Assembly: GCA_963771175.1 (NCBI GenBank)
Contig: CAVYSY010000057.1
Span: forward strand, 32,001 to 96,000
Source of the DNA: an uncultured delta proteobacterium
GTDB taxonomy: Bacteria > Myxococcota > Myxococcia > Myxococcales > Myxococcaceae
DNA length: 64,000 bases
Direction: 5' to 3'
Of the stretch, positions 55,297-64,000 are shown in pieces; positions within the stretch are counted from its first letter, which is position 1; each line of letters opens with the position of its first letter. The translations under genes were made by a program, and so were the position numbers. Below the pieces are notes generated by a model, which made no database searches, had not been told where the DNA came from, and saw nothing but the letters and a program-made list of their open reading frames with translations.

Positions 55297-56687
55297 CACG
55301 CCAGCAGGGAGCGAAGGGGGTCGACGCGCGTGATGCTGTAGTCCAGGTTGGCGGACGCCAGCACCGTCGCGATGAGGTGCTCGGGGAGGATGTTGCTGCC
55401 GTTGACCGGGTCCGGCCTGCCCGTCGCCAGGTCCACCAGACCCGGCGCCATGGCGATGTCACCGCTCTGGCCGAACGCCACGTTGTGCTTCAGCCCGGCG
55501 CCCATCAGCAGGCAGCTGTTCGTCAGGTGGTGGTCCCGGCCGCTCGTGGAGTTGATGAGCGGGGTACGCGCGAACTCGGAGAACACCATGATGGTGGTGT
55601 GGTCCATGAAGTTGCCACCGGACTTGTGCGGGGTGCGCCGCAGGTCGTCCACCAGCGAGCCCAGCGCGTCGAAGCCCGTGCGCAGGTTGCTCGCGTGCGT
55701 CGTCTGCGTGCCGAAGTGCGTGTCCAGGCCGCCCACCAGGTTGATGGACACGCACTGGCTGATGCCCTTCTTGAGCGCCGTGGCCACCAGCGCCGCGCGA
55801 CCCGCCGCGCTGTCGTAGGGCCCCGAGGTGGGCAGCCCGTAGAAGGAGCGCACCTCGGCGTTCTCCGCCAGCTCGAAGCGGAACGCCTTGTCGAGCTGGC
55901 CCGACAGCACCTGCTTCATCTGCCCACGGCTCGTCTCGTACGTGGTGCCCACGCCGCCCGCGCCGTATGCCGCCTCCTCGCAGGTGATGGGCTGGCCGCG
56001 GAAGTCCACGAGCTGCTTCTCGAGCTCGCTGTCGAGCTGCCGGGGGCTCGCCGACAGCGTGAGCAGCAGGTCGTTCGACCGGCTCACCTTCAGCGCGTTG
56101 GCGGCACCGGGGTAGCGGTCGTTGTACGACTCCATCCCGTAAGCGATGGAGGGGATGGGCACCGCGGGCAGCATCTGCCCGACGATCTCCGTCGCCGTGG
56201 ACGAGCCGCGCGCCGCGGCCCCGATGGGGCGCTTGCCGGTGATGAAGTAGCGCATGCCCTCCTCATGCGCGAGCGTGGTCATGTTGATGCCACGCACCAC
56301 CGTCATCAGGTCGTAGTGCGCGGCCAGCCTGTCGCCCACCGCCGGACCGAAGGAGAGGGTGGAGGGGTCCGCCCCCGTGCGCTGGGCCGGCTCGATGGGC
56401 TTGGAGGGGAAGCGCGAGTCGGTGAACAGGTTGTAGCCCGGGAGGATGCGCGTCTCCGACACCCTCTCGGGGGTGAAGACGGTCCGGGTCCCTCGGGTCG
56501 AAGGCGAGGAGCTGGTCCCACCCGCCCGCGAAGTAGACGAAGACGAAGCAGCGGTCCGACGGCTCCAGGGTGGCCGTCTGCGCGAAGGCGCGGAAGGGCA
56601 GGCCCCCCAACAGGGTGGAGCCCATGAAGCCAGCAGCGGCCTTCAGGAAGGTGCGGCGTCGAGGCGGGTGTCGTGGTTCTTCTTCAT
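55296..56687 (-). CDS. Tat-exported DUF1501 family protein (frameshifts ~56475, ~56660)
   Basis: RRTFLKAAAG, FVFVYFAGGWDQLLAFDP, GGLDTH and FSEFARTP...GRDH motifs. Confidence 0.8.
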
Positions 56688-56707
56688 GGATGAATCTCCC
56701 CGAGCCA

Positions 56708-57364
56708 TCAGTAGGTGAGGAACCGCGAGTCGGTCATCAGCGCGATGCACACCGCCGCCAGGGCCTGGTCACGCTTGGCGATGGTCTCGGCGCGAGCCGC
56801 CGCCTGGGTGAAGAAACCCACCCAGCGCGTCAGCTCCTCGCCCTCCAGCGGCGAGCCCCAGAAGCGGGTGGACAGGTACACGAGCAGCTCGCGCACCTGG
56901 GCATCCGTGAGCTTGCGCAGGTCCGCCACCGCCCCCGAGGGCAGCGTGCGGCTGAGCACGCGGGCCGCCGGGTCCGTCAGCTTCACCTCGGCGCTCGCCT
57001 GGGTGATGCACACCTCGCGCGCCCCGTCCTCGAGGAACTTGGCGAAGACGAGGTTGGGCTCGGTGCTCTCGACGTTGACGAGCGCGTAGTCCGCCCGCCC
57101 CAGCGAGGGCGCCAGGCTGTCGAGCTGCGTCCACGGCCGGCCCACCGCCACCTCGATGGAGCGGGCGAGCTGGTTGACGGTGATGCGGCGCGGAGCGCGC
57201 CCCACCCGACCGTCCTGCAGCTCGGGGTCCGGCAGCGGAGTCATGTCCCCGTGCGGGTTGGCCACGGGCTCCAGTTGGCCATCCACCGGAGGCGGAGTGG
57301 CAGGGGTCTTCTCGCACGCGGCGGTGCCGAGCGCGACCAGCGCGAGCATGAGCAGGCGGCGCAT
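56708..57364 (-). CDS. Hypothetical lipoprotein (DUF1587/DUF1553-like motifs)
   Basis: Lipobox TAAC; RRITVNQLARSI; C-terminal AVCIALMTDSRFLTY. Confidence 0.7.
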   Translation of the reverse strand: MRRLLMLALVALGTAACEKTPATPPPVDGQLEPVANPHGDMTPLPDPELQDGRVGRAPRRITVNQLARSIEVAVGRPWTQLDSLAPSLGRADYALVNVESTEPNLVFAKFLEDGAREVCITQASAEVKLTDPAARVLSRTLPSGAVADLRKLTDAQVRELLVYLSTRFWGSPLEGEELTRWVGFFTQAAARAETIAKRDQALAAVCIALMTDSRFLTY

Positions 57365-59394
57365 CAGTCGATCCTCCGGTAGGCGTCGGTCATCACCAGA
57401 CGCTCGATGAGCGCCTTGAAGCGGTGGCCGTCTCGCGCGAAACCTTCGGCGAGCGGCTCGAGGTAGAGGCGCTGCTCCTCCGCCGACATGGGCCGGCCGA
57501 GGAACTCCTGCCAGACGCGCCGCACCGTGCAGCGCTCCAGGTCGCCCGTCTGCAGCATGCGCTGCACCAGCAGCTCGGGGCCGCCGTCGATGTTCCGCTC
57601 CTCGTCCTCCGTGCGGTAGAGGTACGTCTTGAGCATGCCCAGCGACGCGGCGCCGTCGCCGTCGTAGGCCTGCATCACGTACTGGCCGCACTCGCCACCG
57701 CAGGTGGTGTTGCCGGAGAGCGCGCAGTCGCGGCACTTCGGGTCGTAGCGGGGGAAGTGGTCCGAGTCGAGGAAGAGCGCGGCGCGCTCGGCGAAGCGGC
57801 CCCAGTGCGCGCCGGTGGGCTCGATGGTGGCGTGGCAGTAGTTGCAGCCGCAGCGCTTGGCCAGGTTGTTCTCCCGGTTGCAGGCGTCCTCGGCGGCCGG
57901 CAGGCGCGCGTTGTCCGCCGGGGTGAAGGTCTTGCAGAGGAAGGCCGAGTAGAACTGGTTGACGCGGGCGCGCTGGGTGGGGAAGCGGTAGAGGAACGAG
58001 GCCGTGGTGAGCACGCCCGAGTGCTGCGTGCCGCGCATGTACTCCTTCCAGCTGTCCGCATCCGTGTAGGGCACCTCGGGCAGCACCGCCGCGTCCGCCG
58101 GGGGGGTGGCGTTGAAGACGCCCAGGCCCTGCTCCGGATTACGGTAGAGCTGGGACAGGGGGCCGTTCACGAACGAGCGGCGCGTGGTGAGGATGTTGAA
58201 GTAGGGCTCGTCCCGGCGCACCACCGAGTCGGCGATGAGCTCGGGCTCGGCGTTGAAGGCCGCCACGCGGGCGTTGTGCGTGGAGCCGTCGGGCGCCTCG
58301 CAACGCCCCATTCCCTCGCCGCAGCCACAGCTCCGGTCGATGTTGAAGCGCGCGGTCGTGCAGGGCTCCAGCGTCCAGGGGTTGGCCGTGCGCGCCTGCG
58401 CCTCGATGGCGCACACCCTCACGTCCGCGCCCGTGGTGCTCCAGAAGGGCGCCGGCCGGGTCACGTAGCCCTCGCGCTGCACGCAGCCGCGCGGCGACTC
58501 GTAGGAGCCCTTGATGTTGCCGTTCTTCAGCTGGAGCTCCAGCGTGCAGCGCCCCAGCGGCACCGTCGAGGTGGCGGACGTGAAGGCCACCACCCGCGTC
58601 CCCTCCAGCACCTCCTGGGTGTACCCGGCCGCGCTGACCTTGGTGGGGTCTGGCTGGCACAGGTGGGGCACCAGCGCGCCACCCACGCGCCGCATGTCAC
58701 AGAAGAACATGTACTTGTCGTCGAGGCGCCCTCGGTTCTTCGCCTCCGCGCACGAGTTGATGGTGGGGTCGGAGGTGGTGGTGCCGGAGACCAGGTCCAG
58801 CCGGTCGCAGCGGTAGTAGTTGAGGTCGTAGTCCCAGCTCACCGGCAGCGGCACGCCGCGCTCGTCGTAGCGCTCCTTGGCGCAGTCCGCGGCGGCCGGG
58901 AGCGCGGGGTCCGCATGCGGATCCTGCCGGGCGTTGCACACGTCCTGGGCGAGGTAGCTGTCACAGCCCTGGTTGTTGGCCCCGCGCAGCTGGCGGCTGG
59001 GGTTGCCACGCAGGGACAGCGCGTCCGTGGCGGAGCCCACGCCGGACAGGCGCGTGTTGCGGTTGTTGTTGACGCTGGCGCTCACGTTGCTCCACAGGAG
59101 CGCGCGGTGGTAGCCGCGGATGCGCGCGAAGAACTCCTCCTGCTGCATCAGCGCGCGAACGTCCTCGACCGTCACCTCCCCCTTGGCCCGAGCGGCCTGG
59201 TACTCCTCATAGGTGGGGGGGCGGCCGAGCAGGTCGAGGCTGAGCTGGCGCAGGTGACGCTCGAGGGGAACCTTCGAGACCGGGGCACACACCGGGGCTT
59301 CCGCGAGAGCGGGGGCGGCAGCCAGCAGAACGGTGGCGGCCAGAGTGGCGAGGCAACAGCGTGCGGGGAGCACGGAACCTCCGAGAGAACGCAA
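57364..59394 (-). CDS. Secreted Cys-rich DUF1549/DUF1588/DUF1585-like protein with CxxCH
   Basis: Signal peptide; LRQLSLDLLGRPPT, HSGVLTT, CNYCHATIEP and C-terminal CTVRRVWQEFLGRP...FKALIERLV. Confidence 0.75.
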   Translation of the reverse strand: MRSLGGSVLPARCCLATLAATVLLAAAPALAEAPVCAPVSKVPLERHLRQLSLDLLGRPPTYEEYQAARAKGEVTVEDVRALMQQEEFFARIRGYHRALLWSNVSASVNNNRNTRLSGVGSATDALSLRGNPSRQLRGANNQGCDSYLAQDVCNARQDPHADPALPAAADCAKERYDERGVPLPVSWDYDLNYYRCDRLDLVSGTTTSDPTINSCAEAKNRGRLDDKYMFFCDMRRVGGALVPHLCQPDPTKVSAAGYTQEVLEGTRVVAFTSATSTVPLGRCTLELQLKNGNIKGSYESPRGCVQREGYVTRPAPFWSTTGADVRVCAIEAQARTANPWTLEPCTTARFNIDRSCGCGEGMGRCEAPDGSTHNARVAAFNAEPELIADSVVRRDEPYFNILTTRRSFVNGPLSQLYRNPEQGLGVFNATPPADAAVLPEVPYTDADSWKEYMRGTQHSGVLTTASFLYRFPTQRARVNQFYSAFLCKTFTPADNARLPAAEDACNRENNLAKRCGCNYCHATIEPTGAHWGRFAERAALFLDSDHFPRYDPKCRDCALSGNTTCGGECGQYVMQAYDGDGAASLGMLKTYLYRTEDEERNIDGGPELLVQRMLQTGDLERCTVRRVWQEFLGRPMSAEEQRLYLEPLAEGFARDGHRFKALIERLVMTDAYRRID

Positions 59395-59534
59395 CGGCGA
59401 GGGGGGACAGCATCTCCACTTATGCCAATAATTCCTGTTATTGACCAGCGACTTGCTCGGTGAGCGGAGAAGCGAGCCCGAACAGGTGCAATCGAGTTGC
59501 GCACGAGGCCACAGCCGGGACAGAAAGGTGCGCC

Positions 59535-60098
59535 ATGTCTGATGCCGCCCCTGCTTCGCTCCGAGTCAGTGACCGCTCCTTCTACGTCTTCACGGCGGTG
59601 GTCTCCGCCGCGGCCCTCGCCTTCCTCTCTTACATTCTCATCATTCGGAAAGGAGGGCCGGTGGGCGGGTTGGATCTGCGCTTCCTGCCGGCGGTGAACG
59701 CGAGCTTCAACGCGCTCGCGGCGGCCTTCCTCACCGCGGGCTGGGTGGCCATCCGCCGTGGCGCACGGCGCGTGCACCAGTACCTGATGGTGTCCGCCTT
59801 CGCCTCGTCGGCGCTCTTCCTGGTGTGCTACCTCGCCTATCACTTCGTCCACGGCGACACGCGCTACGCCGGGAGCGGGGTGCTGCGGACGGTGTACCTG
59901 CTCATCCTCGCCAGCCACGTGCTGCTGTCGCTGTTCGTGGTGCCGGGCGCGCTGCTGTCCTTCTACTTCGCGTGGCGCAAGGCCTTCGACCGGCACCGCA
60001 AGGTGACGCGGTGGCTGGCCCCCATCTGGCTCTACGTGTCCGTGACGGGCGTGGTCATCTTCTTCATGCTGCGCGGCAGCCTGCCCACCGCGCCCTGA
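59535..60098 (+). CDS. DUF420 (YozB/CtaM-like) membrane protein
   Basis: LPAVNASFN, HQYLMVSAF, ILASHVLLS and HRK...PIWLYVSVTG motifs. Confidence 0.88.
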   Translation: MSDAAPASLRVSDRSFYVFTAVVSAAALAFLSYILIIRKGGPVGGLDLRFLPAVNASFNALAAAFLTAGWVAIRRGARRVHQYLMVSAFASSALFLVCYLAYHFVHGDTRYAGSGVLRTVYLLILASHVLLSLFVVPGALLSFYFAWRKAFDRHRKVTRWLAPIWLYVSVTGVVIFFMLRGSLPTAP

Positions 60099-60129
60099 GC
60101 GGCGGGACGGAGTGCCGGAACCGCTCGCT

Positions 60130-61302
60130 TCACGGTCCGGACGCCGGCATGCAGCCCCACTGCTTCATGTCCTCCGAGACGGTGGCGCATTGCCACCCCT
60201 CGCCACAGGAATCCAGGTCCAGCGGGTCGCACTGACGGAAGCAGGTGCTCACGTTGGCGCTCCCCATGCCACAGAGCTGACCCGCGGGGCAGCTGTCCGC
60301 CCAGAGCGGATTGCAGAGACGAGCGCACCAGAAGACGCCTCGGCCCCGAAACAGGCGGAAGTTGCACCGCTCCCCTTCGCCACAGGGTGTTTCCGGGCAC
60401 TCCCCCTGAACGCTCGTGAGGCACTGGTAGGAGGAGTCCTCGCCGAGGCGCTTGCACCGCTTCCCCTGGGGGCACCCGAGTTGCCCGCAGTCCGGATGGC
60501 ACCCGGGGCCATTCGGGGTGTCCTTACAGACATGTCCAGCGGGACAGCTCGACGGCGCGTCCAACCGGCAGCGGGGGCTGCATCTGCCCAGCAGGCAGAC
60601 CAGCCCCTCCCGACAAGTACCCGCCGCAGAGATATATCCAGGCTCGCAGGGCTCTCCCTCACGTCGTTGCCCCTCGGGCGTACAGCGGCGGACGATGGCT
60701 CCCGAGGTGCCGGGAGTCAGCGCGAGGCAGAGGAAGCCAGGGAAACAGTGTCCATCCTCCTCGCAGTCGGAGGCCACGCACTCGAAGCGGCGCGTCTCCC
60801 GATTGGGCACACACCCCTGGCCTGGAGGGCAGTCGCTGTCGATATGGCAACCACCACAAACGAAGGTCCCCGCGTCGTCCAACGCGCAGCGCAGGCCCGC
60901 CGCGGGAAGACCATCCGGCATGATTTCCTCCGAGGCCAGTGGTGGGTCCATCATGGTAGCGCCTGTCGGGTCCGCCCTGCTCGCGACGAGGAATCCAGGA
61001 CGCTCGGGTCCCGGCACGCGGAGTGAGTCGACTCCATGTGCCCGCGCTCACGGGGCGGGAGGCCTGCTCGGAGTTGGTTCGGCATCATGATGGACGAGCG
61101 CCTTCCCCCGCGACGAAGGAATGACAGCTTGAAATGACGTGCTGGGGACGCCTGTGCCTTCTTCTGAAGAGAGTCGTTCACCCTCGCTCGACAACGGAGG
61201 GGTGGAAGGCGGCCAGAACAAAAGACCACTCCCCAGAGTGATGACAAGCCCAGCACATAACAGACTTAGAGCCGTATGTGGCCTGAGTCGTGGCTGCCCC
61301 AT
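60130..61302 (-). CDS. Membrane-anchored Cys-rich repeat protein, interrupted by one in-frame TGA at 61048-61050
   Basis: ORFs 61048..61302 (TM anchor plus Pro/Ser linker) and 60130..61017 (dense CxxDxxCPxGxxC repeats) are in the same frame. Confidence 0.65.
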
Positions 61303-61350
61303 GACCTTCCGTCCCAGCGAGAGAGGAGATTCCGTGCAGCTTCTTCTCGC

Positions 61351-61521
61351 TCAGCAGTCACCATAGCCACAGCACATGAGGTAGCCTCCGTCGGTGGCAC
61401 ACCCGCAGGGAAGACACTTGTAGCACTCCTTGTACATCGCTGCCGCGCTTCCACCGATGAGAGCACCAGCCGAGCTCGCGGCCACGAACCACCAGAAAAG
61501 CATTCGCTTCACGTTTTTCAT
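61351..61521 (-). CDS. Unannotated 56-aa secreted Cys-rich peptide
   Basis: Manual translation: MKNVKRMLFWWFVAASSAGALIGGSAAAMYKECYKCLPCGCATDGGYLMCCGYGDC*. Signal peptide ending in AAA; 7 Cys in 28 mature residues; below the ORF-track size cutoff. Confidence 0.75.
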   Translation of the reverse strand: MKNVKRMLFWWFVAASSAGALIGGSAAAMYKECYKCLPCGCATDGGYLMCCGYGDC

Positions 61522-61623
61522 GAGGCCCGCTGTCTGCGATTACTGGGAACCCTAGGCTCTCCCTGATGACTCGGTCAATCCGTGGGAAAGCGCGGCTCGT
61601 GGCGCATGTCCACATCAGGACTT

Positions 61624-62062
61624 TCATTGAAGTCTTTCGTCTGGCGACTCCGATTGGAGAAGCTCCGACATGCCCAGCCCTCGCGGCAGGCGCATGGTGA
61701 AGGCCGAACCCTTTCCCTCCTCGCTCTCCACGGAGCGTGTAGAGGGCGCGGGCCTGCGCGGGAATGTCGCTGGCCGGGAAGTGCAGGCCCAGGAAGCTGT
61801 CCATGTCCGCGGCGCGGCTCTCCGCCAGCACCTCGCCGGGCCAGTCCGCGTCGAAGCGGTACACCATCACCCGCTCGAAGCCGGTGAGCGAGCGCACCGC
61901 GTCCGCCGCCGCCTGCAGCAGCCCCTGTGAGCCCCGGGCCCGGGCGAGCGGCGAGAGGAGCAGGTCCACCATCGCCAGCGAACCCTCCTCGCCGACGGCC
62001 TCCGTTGCGGGCTCCAGCTCCAGCACGGTCAACCCATCGCTCCGGTGAAGCAGGCCGACCGC
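61624..62062 (-). pseudogene. bphP: Bacteriophytochrome remnant with large deletions
   Basis: LLHRSDGLTVLELEP, LTGFERVMVYRF and GLHFPASDIPAQARALY joined out of frame to a kinase tail SVESEEGKGSAFTMRLP*. Confidence 0.85.
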
Positions 62063-62070
62063 TTCCCGCG

Positions 62071-62098
62071 AGGGGCCCCGGGAGGAACCGGGGCCCCT
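62071..62098 (-). terminator. Hairpin downstream of the S8 protease gene
   Basis: AGGGGCCCCGG-gaggaa-CCGGGGCCCCT. Confidence 0.6.
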
Positions 62099-62112
62099 GG
62101 CTCAGCGACCTG

Positions 62113-64000
62113 TCACGGGATGGAGCACGCACCGGAGCCGGTGCCGTCGTCGTAGCAAATGTAGCCCGAGCGGCAGCTGCCCTGTCCGCCCACGCCCGTG
62201 CAGGTGGCGTAGCAGGATGCCGAGGTCTCCTGCGCGTCATCGTAGAAGCACTTGGAGCCCGCCGGGCAGGCGGAGTCGAGGCAGTCCTGGGTGCAATACC
62301 CACCCGGGAAGCCATTAGCGGCCGTCTTGCACCGCTCCCCCGCGCCGCAATTCGAGTCGCTGGTGCAGGACTGGCCCACCTTCGAGACCGGCGCCTCCTC
62401 GATGGGCTTGTAGGGTACCAGCGAGAAGCTGACCCCCTTCACCGTCTGGTTCACCGTCACGTCGAGGGGCTCGACCTGGGTGGCATCCCGCCAGAAGCCC
62501 ACGCGCTCCCCGGCCTCGAAGAACTTCTCATCCCCATCGTCGTCGATGGTGGCCAGCACGAAGTAGGAGCGCGGGGCGAGCGACACGGAGTAGCCGTAAC
62601 CGCTCCCCGCACTCACCAACGCCACCCCGTCGTCGTCCACCTGCCACTCGCCCAGGGCATCCTGGTAGGCGAAGGCGATGACGGCGTCCTTGTCCTGCGT
62701 GGCGCCCACGCGGAACCTCACCATCACGGTGGCGGAGCCCGCCCCGGTGGAGGTGCTGGAGAGGGAGAGCTGGGCCGAGTAGTCGCCGTTGGGCAGCGAC
62801 CCGGAGTTGACGCTCACCGTGAGGGAAGCCGACTTGTAGGCAGGAATGGACAGAGAGGCGCTGGAGACGGACACCGAGGAGGCCTGCGGCCCGCTGATGC
62901 TGGCGTTCACCTGGAGCGTGCCACCACCGACGTTGCGCACCGTGAGCTGCTGGGAGCCGCTGCCCGTGAAGGAGAGCTGGCTGGAGCTCACGCCGAGCTT
63001 CGCCGGCGCGCTGGTGTCGGAGCTGCCCTGGGCCCGCCGCACGGCGGCCTGGGCGTTGACGAGACCGGCGCCACAGCCCTCGGCACACTGGCTCGCCGGG
63101 TCGGCCGTCTCCTTGAGGATGGTCTCCACGTCCGCGGCGTTGAGGTCGGGGTTCACCGACAACATCAGCGCCACGATGCCAGCCACGTGCGGGGCGGCCA
63201 TGCTCGTGCCGTTGTACCAATCGTAGCTCGGCTGGTTGCTACCGTTGGGCAGGGTGGACAGCACGCCGTCCGGCTCGCCGTCGCCGTTGAGGTCCTCGCT
63301 CACCTGGCCGCCGGCGGCCATGACATCCACGGGGGCGCCATAGTTGGAGAAGCTGCTGCGTTTGCCGTTGAAGCGCGTCGAGCCCACGCAGATGACGTTC
63401 TGCATGTTGCACGGGAAGGTGTTGGTGGCGTCCTCGTTCGCGTTGCCGGCGGCGATGACGAAGACGGCGCCCGGGGCACTGTCGATGATTTCCTGCACCG
63501 CCTGCCCTCCGGTGCCCCGACCACCGAGGCTCAGGTTGATGACGCGGGCGGGCGTGGTGTTGGCGCGCGCGCCGGGCACGATGCCACCAGCGGCCCACTT
63601 CATGCCCGCGGCGATGTCGCCCAGCGTGCCGCCCGAGGTGCCCAGCACGCGGACCGGGAGGAGCTTGCCCGCCCAGGTGACGCCCGCCACGCCGAGGTTG
63701 TTGTTGGACACCGCGCCCATGGTGCCAGCCACGTGCGTGCCGTGGAACGAGGAGCCTCCGTTGGGCATGTCCTTGCCCAGGTCGGTCGGGTCGTTGTCGA
63801 CCCCATCGCCGTCACCCGCCTTGGTGCCGTCCGAGATGAGGTCCACACCGGGAATGACGCGGGCGTCCAGATCCGGGTGCCGGGTGATGCCGGTGTCCAC
63901 CACCGCCATGACGATGGAGTCCTTTCCGGTGGTGATGTCCCAGGCGGCCGGCAGGTTCATGTTCGGGTAGTGCCACTGCTGGGAATAGCGCGGATCGTTC
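62113..64000 (-). CDS. S8 subtilisin-like serine protease with Ig-like and C-terminal Cys-rich domains (5'-truncated by window edge)
   Basis: Catalytic triad motifs VVDTG, HGTHVAGT and GTSMAAPHVAG; tail CTSDSNCGAGERC...GGYCTQDC. Confidence 0.92.
   Translation of the reverse strand, partial: NDPRYSQQWHYPNMNLPAAWDITTGKDSIVMAVVDTGITRHPDLDARVIPGVDLISDGTKAGDGDGVDNDPTDLGKDMPNGGSSFHGTHVAGTMGAVSNNNLGVAGVTWAGKLLPVRVLGTSGGTLGDIAAGMKWAAGGIVPGARANTTPARVINLSLGGRGTGGQAVQEIIDSAPGAVFVIAAGNANEDATNTFPCNMQNVICVGSTRFNGKRSSFSNYGAPVDVMAAGGQVSEDLNGDGEPDGVLSTLPNGSNQPSYDWYNGTSMAAPHVAGIVALMLSVNPDLNAADVETILKETADPASQCAEGCGAGLVNAQAAVRRAQGSSDTSAPAKLGVSSSQLSFTGSGSQQLTVRNVGGGTLQVNASISGPQASSVSVSSASLSIPAYKSASLTVSVNSGSLPNGDYSAQLSLSSTSTGAGSATVMVRFRVGATQDKDAVIAFAYQDALGEWQVDDDGVALVSAGSGYGYSVSLAPRSYFVLATIDDDGDEKFFEAGERVGFWRDATQVEPLDVTVNQTVKGVSFSLVPYKPIEEAPVSKVGQSCTSDSNCGAGERCKTAANGFPGGYCTQDCLDSACPAGSKCFYDDAQETSASCYATCTGVGGQGSCRSGYICYDDGTGSGACSIP

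Noticed and set aside
60843..60860. CGGCH (CxxCH) in the Cys-rich protein as a heme site
   Set aside because: It falls within a CxxCxxDxDC disulfide-type repeat, so it is likely coincidental.
61358..62032. 224-aa ORF as a functional short phytochrome
   Set aside because: Lacks the chromophore Cys/His-bearing regions, and its C-terminal half is out-of-frame read-through past the deletion junction.

Overview
High-GC myxobacterial chromosome segment. Codon usage, gene content and argE/mfd/glnB context point to Archangium/Cystobacter-like Myxococcota; this is an inference. From left to right the window holds: (1) a ~23 kb Wzx/Wzy-dependent polysaccharide locus (wecA-like PNPT, eight glycosyltransferases, NTP-transferase, epimerase, methyltransferase, wzx, wzy, wzc BY-kinase), whose gene order resembles the Myxococcus BPS cluster and which is interrupted by a direct-repeat-flanked c-type heme lipoprotein gene; (2) a GT2/methyltransferase-glnB-GT-C operon, an acyltransferase, a cytochrome c and mfd; (3) OmpA/MotB, PhoX, a dual-kinase hybrid sensor, and a lower-GC decayed SIR2-ATPase remnant; (4) a diguanylate cyclase-GT-C-metallophosphoesterase operon, argE and a small stress-type cluster; (5) a five-gene secreted operon of DUF1585-like heme protein, lipoprotein, Tat DUF1501 protein, cytochrome c lipoprotein and FG-GAP protein; (6) an unannotated 56-aa secreted Cys-rich peptide paired with a Cys-rich membrane-anchored protein, a collapsed bacteriophytochrome remnant, and a truncated S8 protease. 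Many genes carry single-base frameshifts in patches, most likely assembly errors. No rRNA, tRNA, CRISPR array or intact IS was recognised. All family calls come from motif recognition by eye, not database searches.
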